From positions 7,246 to 71,245 of the forward strand of contig CAJTYS010000019.1 in NCBI GenBank assembly GCA_910583765.1: a DNA stretch of 64,000 nucleotides. Direction: 5' to 3'. The notes beneath the pieces were generated by a model. That model was not told the origin of the DNA. It made no database searches and saw only the letters and a program-made list of their open reading frames with translations. Positions 9,726-19,395 of this stretch are shown piece by piece. Position 1 is the first letter of the stretch. Each line of letters opens with the position of its first letter. Source of the DNA: an uncultured Eubacteriales bacterium (lineage in GTDB: Bacteria > Bacillota > Clostridia > Peptostreptococcales > Anaerovoracaceae). The translations under genes and the position numbers were made by a program.

Positions 9726-11695
9726 CCCTCCCCGTTGGATTTCAATGTTTCATTGAACTTTTTGATTCGCTTTCCTATTTTTTCCGCAGCAGCCGTTTCC
9801 TTGGTGATCGCTTCTGTTAGATAGGCCCTTTGGTTTTCCCGGGCCTGTTCTAACCGCTGTTTCTCTTTTTCCCCATAAACGCCGCCAAGCAGGGCCTGGA
9901 TCAAGTCATATAGGTTTTCGTTTCCGTGTTCGATCAGGCCTGTGCCCCAGCTGTCTTTTGGATGTTCCGTCACTTGTTTTTCAAAATAGGAATAAGTCTT
10001 TTCACTGAAAAATGCCGCATAATCGTTAAAATCGACTTGCCCTAGTTCAGATGCGGCCTCCTGGCAGCTGCCTGATTCCGCCTTATCCTTTGCCCGTTCC
10101 AAAGCCGCTAAGCTGGCTTGGTATCGACTGTGGGGCGGGATCATTTCATCATTCCAATCCAGCCGGATGAAGGCATGGTGCGTGTCCCTGTAAATCCCAT
10201 GGAGCTCTTTGTTCAGTACGCTTTCTGCGTCTTTAGGTTTTCCAGGTCCAGTGTTCCATGCCTGAATCGCCTCTGTCAGCTGCTGGGCCTCTCGTATGGC
10301 CGCATCAAACACATCCCGCTGGCTTTGCGTCAGCTCTGTCTTGATGTCATCCAGAGCTGCGGCAAGCCTGCGGGTCAGATTCAGCGGGCAGAGTTTTTTC
10401 TTGTCCAACTGGATTAAGATATGCGCGAACAAACGATGAAACAGTTCAAAGGCCTCTTGATCAAATCCAGCTTCCCATCCGCTGTCTGAGCTGTGGAGGA
10501 CTTTCCGATCCGCCAGGCAGCCATCGTAGGCCCCTGCCACAAAGCTTGGAATTCCTGCTCTCGTATAGCTGAAATCCTCTGTGGAAGAGGTCAGCTCCAT
10601 ATTCACCTCAATCTCATAGTCTCCCGTGCTGCCAAAGCTTTGTACTGCTTCCCTTATGAAATCATATAGTTCCTGGGTGCAGACAATACAGAATTTATGC
10701 TCCCCCTTCACTGCGTAAAATCCATCCAGGTTCATGACCGCGAAACCGGTTTCCTGCCACTGGGACCGCACCTGGGTGATCTGGCGGTACGCGCCAATGG
10801 CCCAGTCATATTTACAGTCCACCAGTCCCCACTCTTCCGCGCCGTGAGCCACGATTCTGATGGTCTTCTCTGGCTGATCGCCATGGTCCAGAAATGCCTT
10901 TGCCAGCCCCAGGGCCCAGCCGATGCCCTGAACATCATCGAAGATCGTATGATAATAGGAATCGTAGTGATTGATGATGTAGATGGTTTCATCGGTTTTT
11001 CCCGGAATGTCTCCCCACACGTTGTAGCTGGTTCCATTCTCCTCCACAAGGCTTTCCACATTCAGCGTCACCGTGACGCTCCCTGTTTCCGAAGCATCCA
11101 GCAGCTGTTTCAGCTCTGCTCCATCCTGTTTTCCAATGGAAAGAGCAAACAAATCAGAAGGTCCGCAAATGTCCTCGGAAACCAGCACATTGCCGCCTTC
11201 CTGTCCAAAGCCGCCGGCATTGACGCAGATCACTCCTGCCGCGCCTCTGATCTTTGCCTCGTATGCCGGAAAATTGATCCACCAGTCATTGGCCTGATCG
11301 ATCTCTATCAATAGCAGCTTTCCCAAAGGGTCTATGTGCTCATAATCCGCTGCTGTTCCTTTCCCCGCCCAGATCAGAGGAAATTCTTGATCCCTGCATC
11401 TCATGGCACAGGCATGGCCGCCTAACCAGATTTCTTTCCACTGGCCCTGGCTGCCTTGGTATTTCATTCGAGAATCTGTAAAACACCAAGTGTCCACAGG
11501 GAAAGGATCTTTTGTCACGTTTTTCAGGCCAACTTCTTTGAATTTGCTCACTAAATAATCCGCTGCCCGATGTTCCGCAGGTGAACCAGCCGCCCTGCCC
11601 CCAATCTTCGGGTAGTCCGTGATTTTCGACAGTTCATCCATGATTTTTTGAGAATAACTGGTGTCAAAGGGTTCTGTCATCCAATTCTTATCCAT
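9719..11695 (-). CDS. Cytoplasmic M28-family metallo-amidohydrolase with PA domain
   Basis: GRAAGSPAE, NHYDS, DDVQG, AEEWG, late His (LHS); no signal peptide. Confidence 0.8.
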   Translation of the reverse strand: MDKNWMTEPFDTSYSQKIMDELSKITDYPKIGGRAAGSPAEHRAADYLVSKFKEVGLKNVTKDPFPVDTWCFTDSRMKYQGSQGQWKEIWLGGHACAMRCRDQEFPLIWAGKGTAADYEHIDPLGKLLLIEIDQANDWWINFPAYEAKIRGAAGVICVNAGGFGQEGGNVLVSEDICGPSDLFALSIGKQDGAELKQLLDASETGSVTVTLNVESLVEENGTSYNVWGDIPGKTDETIYIINHYDSYYHTIFDDVQGIGWALGLAKAFLDHGDQPEKTIRIVAHGAEEWGLVDCKYDWAIGAYRQITQVRSQWQETGFAVMNLDGFYAVKGEHKFCIVCTQELYDFIREAVQSFGSTGDYEIEVNMELTSSTEDFSYTRAGIPSFVAGAYDGCLADRKVLHSSDSGWEAGFDQEAFELFHRLFAHILIQLDKKKLCPLNLTRRLAAALDDIKTELTQSQRDVFDAAIREAQQLTEAIQAWNTGPGKPKDAESVLNKELHGIYRDTHHAFIRLDWNDEMIPPHSRYQASLAALERAKDKAESGSCQEAASELGQVDFNDYAAFFSEKTYSYFEKQVTEHPKDSWGTGLIEHGNENLYDLIQALLGGVYGEKEKQRLEQARENQRAYLTEAITKETAAAEKIGKRIKKFNETLKSNGEGC

Positions 11696-11802
11696 GTCTA
11701 ATGCTCCATCTCGAAATTTTTATCACAGCGTGCGGGAAGCATCCAGCCATGTTGCTGCTTGATGCTTCCTGCTTTGCGTATGCTGCTATGTTTAAACACA
11801 CG

Positions 11803-13401
11803 TTAGAAAATTTTTGCTGGATCCTGTTTCTTTCCCCAGACTGTCAATAGGATTCCCAGGATGCCTGACGCGATGGTCAGACATTTGATGGCAGTGATGA
11901 AAGTATCAAAGATTCCTGGCGAACCGTAGCTTTCCGCATATGCTGCCGGATCCTCGTACCAAGGGAAAAAGAAGATGGCGATGATCCCCAGGATAGCCCA
12001 CATGATCAGGATCACCCCTGTCCTTGTAATGTCTCCAGGCGCCAGCTTTGTCTTTGGATTCATTGGGTATTTTTCTGCGTTGATCTCCGTCATTCCGCCA
12101 TAAAGCTTTTTGATGATGATATAAGCCACTGGCCCGCTGATCACGCCGATGATCCCAAAGAGGAAATAATCCGTTCCATTCAGGTACAGCGCGATAAGGC
12201 CAATGAGAAACGGCACGGAGCTGTAAGCAATGAACGCGCCATCGCTCACCTTTAATTTAAACGGCCCATCCGGGTGGGTTTTCCTGGTTCTTCTCAGGAT
12301 TCCGGAAATCTGGGTCAGGCTGGAAGCAAAAATGCTCATGGTCACGGTAATGATCACCAGCTGGGAAAAGTTGAACTGGCAAATGATGAAGGACACGATG
12401 GCCACGCTCAATACGCCCACGTAAGGAACGCCCCGTTTTTTGTCGCACTTCACCAGAAATCTCGGGCAAAGGTTGTCCGCCGCCATAACAAAGAACCCTC
12501 TGGATGTGGACGCGATGTAACCGTTAAATAGTGACACATTTGACAATACCGCCACGATCAGGAAAAAGCTAAAGAAAATCGTTCCTCCATATTCTCTTGC
12601 CACGTCAACATAGGAAACACCTTCAGACCCCCAGCTTTCCCACTGTCCTATGGACGAAAGGCCCGCGCAGGTAGGAATGATGTAGGTTAAAATGATCAGT
12701 GGTATGGCGATCATCAAGGCCTTTGGAATGATCTGCGGTTTTTCCAATTCCTCACTCATAATGGACATGGCCTCCATACCACCATACATCCACATGCCAA
12801 TAGCCAGCCCATACCCAATACTTTCGATCAAGCTCTGTCCTTCTGGGATAAATGGCTGCACCGGCGACTGGTTGTAGTGGGCGAATCCTAAAATCGCCAC
12901 GATCGCGAAGGCGACCAGGATGCTGATAGAAATGATGGTATTGACAATGGCCACATCCTTGATTCCCCGCAGATTGATGATGGTAAAAACAACGATGAAC
13001 GCGATCTTTACCATATATTCCTGGGTACCGTTCAAATGAAAGGCGCTGGCCATGTAGTTAGAGGCTAGGACCACATAGGTGACAGTGTTAAAATAGCCGC
13101 CTAGCGTCCTCCACCATCCCATTTGGAATCCCCAGAATTCGCCGCAGGTTTCCTGGACCCATTTGTAAGGCCCGCCTTCCGCGGGTATGGCAGAGCCCAT
13201 TTCCGCGCAGACGAATGCCTGAGGATAGGCCCAGACCAAAGGGATCACGATGAGCATGACCATGCAAAGACCTGGCCCCACGCTGGGAACCATGTCTTCA
13301 ATTCCGTAAGCTCCGGCAGCAGTCAGAGAGTAAATCGTCCCGACTATGGCCAAAAGTCCGACTTTGTGGCGTTTCAGCCCTGTGTTGGATAAATCGTTCA
13401 T
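11803..13401 (-). CDS. APC-superfamily amino acid/polyamine permease
   Basis: 12 or more hydrophobic segments, GAYGIED, AEMGSAIPAEGGPY, YGGME; start moved to ATG 13401 behind a GGAGG RBS because the promoter overlaps the longer ORF start. Confidence 0.88.
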   Translation of the reverse strand: MNDLSNTGLKRHKVGLLAIVGTIYSLTAAGAYGIEDMVPSVGPGLCMVMLIVIPLVWAYPQAFVCAEMGSAIPAEGGPYKWVQETCGEFWGFQMGWWRTLGGYFNTVTYVVLASNYMASAFHLNGTQEYMVKIAFIVVFTIINLRGIKDVAIVNTIISISILVAFAIVAILGFAHYNQSPVQPFIPEGQSLIESIGYGLAIGMWMYGGMEAMSIMSEELEKPQIIPKALMIAIPLIILTYIIPTCAGLSSIGQWESWGSEGVSYVDVAREYGGTIFFSFFLIVAVLSNVSLFNGYIASTSRGFFVMAADNLCPRFLVKCDKKRGVPYVGVLSVAIVSFIICQFNFSQLVIITVTMSIFASSLTQISGILRRTRKTHPDGPFKLKVSDGAFIAYSSVPFLIGLIALYLNGTDYFLFGIIGVISGPVAYIIIKKLYGGMTEINAEKYPMNPKTKLAPGDITRTGVILIMWAILGIIAIFFFPWYEDPAAYAESYGSPGIFDTFITAIKCLTIASGILGILLTVWGKKQDPAKIF

Positions 13402-13458
13402 ATCTTCCTCCATGATGTAAAATAGTGAAAACTGCTTGTTGCATATTTTTAATATATA

Positions 13459-13514
13459 TGTTGTATACAACACCCTTTTGTCGTTATTGTAACTTTCTGA
13501 AAACCGTTTGTCAA
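13459..13514 (-). promoter_or_regulatory. Sigma-A promoter of the permease operon with a GntR-type operator
   Basis: -35 TTGACA (13514-13509), 17 bp, -10 TACAAT (13491-13486); perfect 14-bp palindrome TGTTGTATACAACA at 13459-13472 just downstream. Confidence 0.8.
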
Positions 13515-13712
13515 CTATATTTTTTTCCGAATCCGCGCAAACTTTTATATTTTTTGAACCATTTTTCCTAAAATTGTAGTATACTGCTCTTGACCGGACA
13601 AAATCAGAGGAACATTTTAAGGGATAAAGTCAGATTGGCCGGTTCTTTTTCAGAAGTGGATTTTATTGATATCCCTACCTACATAAAAAACAACGTGAAA
13701 TAAAGGACAGTT

Positions 13713-14357
13713 ATGCCAAAAGAAAGTTTGAAAGACAAAGCGTATCATTTTATAAAGGCAAAAATCGTGCATTGCGAATACGCGCCCAACTCATTTTTAA
13801 ATGAAACCATGCTCATGGAAGAGGTCGGCTCTAGCCGGACGCCTATTCGGGAGGCCCTGAGCAAGCTGGAACAGGAAAATCTGGTGAAGATCATGCCCAA
13901 AAGAGGGGTCATGGTGTCGGATCTATCTTTGAATGAGATCAGCATGATCTTTGAAACCAGGATCTTAATCGAGCCCTATATCATCGCCCATTATGGCCAG
14001 TTTGTGCCCGCTGACATCCTTTCTTCCATGAAAGAGACCTTCGCGCTCAAGAATTTGTCTCTGATTTCCGCAAAAGAAATCTATACCAAGGATGATCAGT
14101 TTCACAAGCTGCTTGTGGATTCCAGCAAGAACACCTATTTTATGCGGGCCATGGACAATATCTACAATCAGAGCTATCGACTGCGGGTCATGACGGGAAA
14201 CCGCATGCAGGAGCGCATTTTGAATTCTAACAACGAGCATGTGGATATCATCGAATTGATGTTGGAGCAGGACTTTGAAAAAGCATCCATCGCGCTCAAG
14301 TCTCATTTGGAAAAGTCCAGAGAGGCTAGTTTTTCAAACTTTATCAGCAATTATTAA
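13713..14357 (+). CDS. GntR-family (FCD domain) transcriptional regulator
   Basis: HTH SRTPIREALSKL...PKRG; FCD-like DDQFH and EH motifs; divergent from the permease operon. Confidence 0.92.
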   Translation: MPKESLKDKAYHFIKAKIVHCEYAPNSFLNETMLMEEVGSSRTPIREALSKLEQENLVKIMPKRGVMVSDLSLNEISMIFETRILIEPYIIAHYGQFVPADILSSMKETFALKNLSLISAKEIYTKDDQFHKLLVDSSKNTYFMRAMDNIYNQSYRLRVMTGNRMQERILNSNNEHVDIIELMLEQDFEKASIALKSHLEKSREASFSNFISNY

Positions 14358-14384
14358 GGATCATGACATATAGAGGATCACACC

Positions 14385-15113
14385 ATGGAAACCACAATGA
14401 ATCACACAAAAAAACGAAAGAAAAAATCGAGGAAAGGCTTTTGGGCGCTCCTGATCGTTGACTTTTTGCTGGTCCTGCTCATCTGCGGGTCCGTGGCTCT
14501 TGGCTACTACGCGATCCAGGAATTCGTCCAGCGGGTGGATGCGAGGGAAGTGGCCTCTGTCCAGGCCATGTACCAGGAATCCACAGAAGTGAACATCCCC
14601 AACGCGCTTCGCAATTACACGGCAAAGCGGCTAACCAAGCAGGAATCCATTCCCGCTTACTCCATTTCTCAGATCTATCAGCTGGACCTGCGTGAGCCCA
14701 GTGGAGTGACAGCCGCGGATCTGAAGCTGGTCACCAGCAAAGGCCTAGTGGGGCTGGAGGACGCGTTTGTCAACGCAGAAGAAAAGTACGGAGTCAACTG
14801 CGTGTTCCTCATGTCCATCGCCTCCCTGGAAAGCGCCAAAGGAACCATGATGTTCCGTCCCAACAACATGTTCGGCTATGGAAGGACCGGTTTTTCCTCC
14901 AAGGCCGAAGGCATCAATGTGGTGGCAAAAGGCCTTTCCTCCCGCTATCTCAACCCGGGCGGCGGGCTCTACGGCGGCAGCCCCACTGTCAAGGGCGTGA
15001 ATAAACGCTACGCTGCCAATCCACAGTGGTACGCCAAGGTCGGCAATTACATGCAGGAATATTACGCGGTCATCAGCAAACGGCACAACGAGGCTCTCAG
15101 CAAATTCAAATAA
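14385..15113 (+). CDS. Membrane-anchored GH73 glucosaminidase-domain autolysin
   Basis: Basic N-terminus plus TM helix; EKYGVN, LESAKG, NNMFG, YAANPQWY. Confidence 0.82.
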   Translation: METTMNHTKKRKKKSRKGFWALLIVDFLLVLLICGSVALGYYAIQEFVQRVDAREVASVQAMYQESTEVNIPNALRNYTAKRLTKQESIPAYSISQIYQLDLREPSGVTAADLKLVTSKGLVGLEDAFVNAEEKYGVNCVFLMSIASLESAKGTMMFRPNNMFGYGRTGFSSKAEGINVVAKGLSSRYLNPGGGLYGGSPTVKGVNKRYAANPQWYAKVGNYMQEYYAVISKRHNEALSKFK

Positions 15114-15261
15114 CATGGCTTGAATTGCCGCACCATTCTCTGTGTCTCGCCCCTGCGTCATCTACGGATTGTCGCTACCGCCTGCTTTTTGGACGCATTG
15201 TTTAGAGCCTGTTATTTCAGGCCCCGGGTTTTAGAAAGGAACGATATTAAAGGAAAGCTCT

Positions 15262-16266
15262 ATGTTCGGTGAAATTTTCTTCTTTACCTATATTTTTGCG
15301 GGTTTCGCAGGGCTGCTGGCCATCCTGCTAGCTGTTTTGCTATCCAAATATTGGACCTCCAGCAACAAACAGCTCTTGGCCGCTGTCCGCGACTTCATGA
15401 TCTGCACGGCTGTCATGGATGGCCTTTATTTTTATATGAACTATCTATTTTTGAAAACCGGCATCTACACCACCCAACCTGTCCTGCGGGTTTTGGACAG
15501 CTTCACCTTCATTGGACAAGCTTATTTCTGGTCCGCCTATATCCGAGAAAAATGCCAGCTGTCCCAGCCTCGGCGCAGACGCATGTGGATCATCACTCTC
15601 GCCTTGTGCGGCGGCTGCCTGCTCACCAACCTGGCAAGCTATGGCTTTCTCATGGATGATTATTACTTTGTTTCCCCCGGACCTATGCGCGTCCTTTCTA
15701 TGATTATCGAAGTCCTGCTCTGCCTTTCCCTTACCTTCATCATCATTTGGCATCTTTTGAAAGCCCTGGACGAACTGGTCCAGAAAAAGATTCGGGCCTT
15801 TGTCACCATCCTTTCTATCTTGATCATAGGGGACAATCTGCTGAACTCTTTTAATGTGCTGCAATTGATCACCGGCAGTTCTCCGCCTTCCAGCCATTTT
15901 CCCCTTGACTTCACGGTGATTTTCATTTTTTTGATCAATGTGTTCACCATCCTTTTGATCTATCAAGAAGATTTTCGGGCACTTTTCCACACAAATGGGG
16001 ATATGTCTGTGGAAAATGTGGAAAACGATATCCAAGGCCGTTTAGATCTGATCGCCCAATCACACGGACTGACCCAGCGGGAACGGGAAGTCCTGGAACT
16101 TGCCTATGAAGGGCTGACCAATCCTGAAATTGCCGAAGAGCTGGTCATATCCAAATACACAGTAAAGCGTCATATGCACAATATCTTTGAAAAGCTTGAT
16201 ATTTCAACGAGAATGGAACTGGTCCACCTGGTTGGTCCGGGAAATGGTCCAAGTGGACGATTGTAA
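15262..16266 (+). CDS. Multi-TM membrane protein with C-terminal LuxR HTH (one-component regulator), copy 1
   Basis: About 7 hydrophobic helices then LTQREREVL...GLTNPEIAEELVISKYTVKRHMHNIFEKL. Confidence 0.88.
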   Translation: MFGEIFFFTYIFAGFAGLLAILLAVLLSKYWTSSNKQLLAAVRDFMICTAVMDGLYFYMNYLFLKTGIYTTQPVLRVLDSFTFIGQAYFWSAYIREKCQLSQPRRRRMWIITLALCGGCLLTNLASYGFLMDDYYFVSPGPMRVLSMIIEVLLCLSLTFIIIWHLLKALDELVQKKIRAFVTILSILIIGDNLLNSFNVLQLITGSSPPSSHFPLDFTVIFIFLINVFTILLIYQEDFRALFHTNGDMSVENVENDIQGRLDLIAQSHGLTQREREVLELAYEGLTNPEIAEELVISKYTVKRHMHNIFEKLDISTRMELVHLVGPGNGPSGRL

Positions 16267-16350
16267 TTTTCTCCGAAAAAGAGTAGAAGTGAAAGAGTAG
16301 TCAGAAGATTACTTTAATTTTCACCACTCATGAACTGGAAGGAGAAAAAA

Positions 16351-18558
16351 ATGAAACAAAGGTGGAGAAAGCTAACTTGTCTCGCTGCAGTTGTAGCTCT
16401 TATTTTTGCCCTGACTGCCTGCGGCGGCAGCGAAAAAAGCGAAAAGCCAAGTTCCCAGCTTTCCATGGCCTCAGCTGTGGAAAAGTATGTGGAAAAAGTT
16501 GACCAGGAATACGCATATGGAATTGCGAAGACCCTGGCCTATGATGAGACTTATCTCTCAAACAAGCTGGGATGGCGGACTTCAGGCTCTGATGCGGAAC
16601 ACAAGGCTGCCGATTATCTGGCAGATGAAATGGGAAATCTGGGTTTAGAGGATGTGGAAAAAGTTCCGGTCACTGTGGATAAGTGGCAATTTAACGATGC
16701 TTCCCTTACAATAGAAGGAACCGACATCGACATCATGCCCGCTTCCTATGCTACCAACGGAACAAACAAGGAAGGGCTCACGGCGGAAATCGTTGATGTT
16801 GGCGGCGGCACTGCCGCTGAATACGCGGAGAAAGATGTAGAGGGCAAGATCGTCCTGGCTGGCGTGGATCAGTGGAACGTGGCCTGGATCAATGAATACA
16901 TGAACGAAGCCGCGCTTCACGGCGCAGCGGCCATTGTTACTTATGACACCGGCGGTTACGCCACTTACTCCGATGACATGATCAACATGCAGGATCTCTG
17001 CGCAGAAGACGTGATGCCTTGCGTCAGCATCAGCAAGAATCAGTACAAGGAACTGGCCAAAGCCATGAAAGGCGGAAAGACGAAAGCCACTTTAAAAGTT
17101 GACAATGTGATGGAGCCGGACAAGGGCACCAGCTACAATGTGGTGGGCAAGATCAAAGGCAAGGCTTCTGATCAACAGATCGTTGTGTCCGGTCACTATG
17201 ATGTGTTTTTCAATGGTTTCCAAGATGACAGCTGCGCCATTGGCCTAGTTTTGGCCATGGCAAAAGGCATGAAGGATTCCGGCTACACTCCTGAAAACGA
17301 CATTGTTTTCGTTGCTCACGGATCAGAAGAATGGGGTGCCATCGGCAGCCAGTTCGACTGGACCACCGGCGCATGGGAAATGATCAACAACGCTCACCCG
17401 GAATGGGCTGGAAAGACTCTGGCCATGATCAATTTTGAGCTTCCTGCTCTTTATGATGATGCGAAGCAAATGCAGATCAGCTGCGTGCCGGAATTCGCCC
17501 CTCTTGTGAAGGACCTTGTGGAAACTTCCGGATTAGTGGCTGAGCCGGTCAATGACATTTATCCAAAAGGCATCAGTTCGGAAACTCTGGGCTGCAGCAC
17601 CATGGAGGACGGCGTCTCTTATCGGGCTTCCGGCGTGCCTTCCTTCATCAACGTGCTTGGCTCGCAGGATGGAGAAAAGGGCTGGATGCAGCAGCGTTAC
17701 CACACAGTGGCCGATGACGAGGGCACTTATAACGCTGATGTGATGACCACAAACTTGAACACCTATGGAACTCTGGCCATTTATTTGGATCAGACACCGG
17801 CATTGCAGCTGGATCTTACGAAAACCTGTGATGACCTGGACAAAGCGCTCAATGAAGACATAGCTGCTGCGGCAGGAGCGGACGCCGCGGCTTACAAACA
17901 GGCGGCAGCTGATCTCCGGACCGCGGCGGAAGGCCTGAACGCCAAGATCAAGGATATCAATGACCGTTATGAGAAGGCAGTGGCAGACGGCGCGTCTTCG
18001 GAAAACGTGGAGGCCATTCGCGCAGAGGGCAAGGCACTGAATCAGGAAACCCTGAAAGCCTTCCAATCTGTGCAGGATGACTTTATCGGCATCATCGACA
18101 CATCTGTGGTCGCTGTCAGGCATCTGGCTTATCAAAACAACGTCCAAGTGATTTCAGCCATTAACGCAGCTCTGGAGGAGAATAACCTTTTCGATGAAAA
18201 GGAAGAAACTGGAGCGCTGGACATGGCCTGGCAGATTAATGGCGGCAGTGAATCCAGCTACTATACTTTCAGCCCGCAGACCTGCAAAGAATCCAAACGG
18301 ACTTTACAGGAAGATACCAACAAAGGCAATGTTTTCTGGGGGACTGGAAAAGGCGCGAAGCTGGCGGATACTTACAAAGCCACGACTTCCCTGCTGCAAA
18401 AAGCGGCGGCTCTGGAAGCTGGCGAGAAAGTGACTTATGATGATGAGATCGCCATTTACGCAAAAGCGATCAAGCAGCAGCAGAAAGGTCTCAAGGACAC
18501 CATGACAGCGGAGACAGAAGCCATGAAATCCCTGGCGCAGCAGATTTCGGCGCTGTGA
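16351..18558 (+). CDS. M28-family PA-domain peptidase/amidohydrolase lipoprotein, copy 1
   Basis: AGGAG RBS; lipobox LTAC; GHYD, QDD, SEEWG, NFE, YHT. Confidence 0.85.
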   Translation: MKQRWRKLTCLAAVVALIFALTACGGSEKSEKPSSQLSMASAVEKYVEKVDQEYAYGIAKTLAYDETYLSNKLGWRTSGSDAEHKAADYLADEMGNLGLEDVEKVPVTVDKWQFNDASLTIEGTDIDIMPASYATNGTNKEGLTAEIVDVGGGTAAEYAEKDVEGKIVLAGVDQWNVAWINEYMNEAALHGAAAIVTYDTGGYATYSDDMINMQDLCAEDVMPCVSISKNQYKELAKAMKGGKTKATLKVDNVMEPDKGTSYNVVGKIKGKASDQQIVVSGHYDVFFNGFQDDSCAIGLVLAMAKGMKDSGYTPENDIVFVAHGSEEWGAIGSQFDWTTGAWEMINNAHPEWAGKTLAMINFELPALYDDAKQMQISCVPEFAPLVKDLVETSGLVAEPVNDIYPKGISSETLGCSTMEDGVSYRASGVPSFINVLGSQDGEKGWMQQRYHTVADDEGTYNADVMTTNLNTYGTLAIYLDQTPALQLDLTKTCDDLDKALNEDIAAAAGADAAAYKQAAADLRTAAEGLNAKIKDINDRYEKAVADGASSENVEAIRAEGKALNQETLKAFQSVQDDFIGIIDTSVVAVRHLAYQNNVQVISAINAALEENNLFDEKEETGALDMAWQINGGSESSYYTFSPQTCKESKRTLQEDTNKGNVFWGTGKGAKLADTYKATTSLLQKAAALEAGEKVTYDDEIAIYAKAIKQQQKGLKDTMTAETEAMKSLAQQISAL

Positions 18559-18587
18559 CGCAGTAGGATCTATTTGAATTGAAAAGC

Positions 18588-18633
18588 AAAGACGGGCCCA
18601 AAGCCGAGGGATCGGTATTTGGGCTCGCCTTTT
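18588..18633. terminator. Rho-independent terminator between convergent genes
   Basis: Imperfect stem GACGGGCCCAAAGCCGA/TCGGTATTTGGGCTCGCC followed by a T run. Confidence 0.6.
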
Positions 18634-18647
18634 GATTTCTAAGGTGA

Positions 18648-18917
18648 TTATCTGTCACCATAATGTCCCCGACAATGCGCAATATAAATTCGGCCATCTT
18701 CCATGTGATAGACCAAACGGTCCTTCTCATTAATACGGCGGCTGAACTCTCCTTGAAGATCACCAGAAAGGGGCTCTGGCTTACCAATCCCCGCTATGCA
18801 CCCGTTGCGTTCGATGTCTTTGATCAATTGGTTGATTCGCCTTATTGTTTTCTTATCCTGTGACTGCCAATAAAGATAATCTTCCCAGGCATCATCAGAC
18901 CATATCTTTTCAGTCAT
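18648..18917 (-). CDS. yoeB: Txe/YoeB-family toxin
   Basis: AWEDYLYWQ, GIGKPEPL, SRRINEKDRLVY, RGHY. Confidence 0.93.
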   Translation of the reverse strand: MTEKIWSDDAWEDYLYWQSQDKKTIRRINQLIKDIERNGCIAGIGKPEPLSGDLQGEFSRRINEKDRLVYHMEDGRIYIAHCRGHYGDR

Positions 18918-19179
18918 CGTCCACCTCGATCAGCTCATGCGCAGAACCTTTTCCCGCACGGAGTTCCTGAACGGATTTTTTTACATAAGCAAGATTTGTT
19001 TTAGAGAAAAACGGATCAGATGCCTGTGTGATTTCAAATGGAATACGATTTTCCCGCAGCACTGCTTTTACAAAAAGATTGATCGCAGTTGATGTGTTCA
19101 AACCCACATTAGAGCAAAAAGCATCGAAGTTAGCCTTATCTCGTTCATCTACCCTAGCGGTAAGTGTTGCCTGTGACAT
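18910..19179 (-). CDS. RelB/DinJ-family antitoxin
   Basis: MSQATLTARVD...GLNTSTAINLF...RIPFEI; start at 19179 behind AGGAG; overlaps the toxin start. Confidence 0.9.
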   Translation of the reverse strand: MSQATLTARVDERDKANFDAFCSNVGLNTSTAINLFVKAVLRENRIPFEITQASDPFFSKTNLAYVKKSVQELRAGKGSAHELIEVDDD

Positions 19180-19395
19180 AAAAACATCTCCTCTCTGTGT
19201 TCTAATTGTCATTATTATAATGCTATTGTATGCATATAGCAAGCAGTTATAACATAAATTCAATGAAAATGTTCTAATACCAATGGTAAATGCCCAACTT
19301 GCAGTTTATCATTGCCTCATAGATTTTAATTATGGTTTCAGCGGTAATTCATGGTATAATGAATGCATTGAGGAATTTTGGAATGAGGAAACGAT

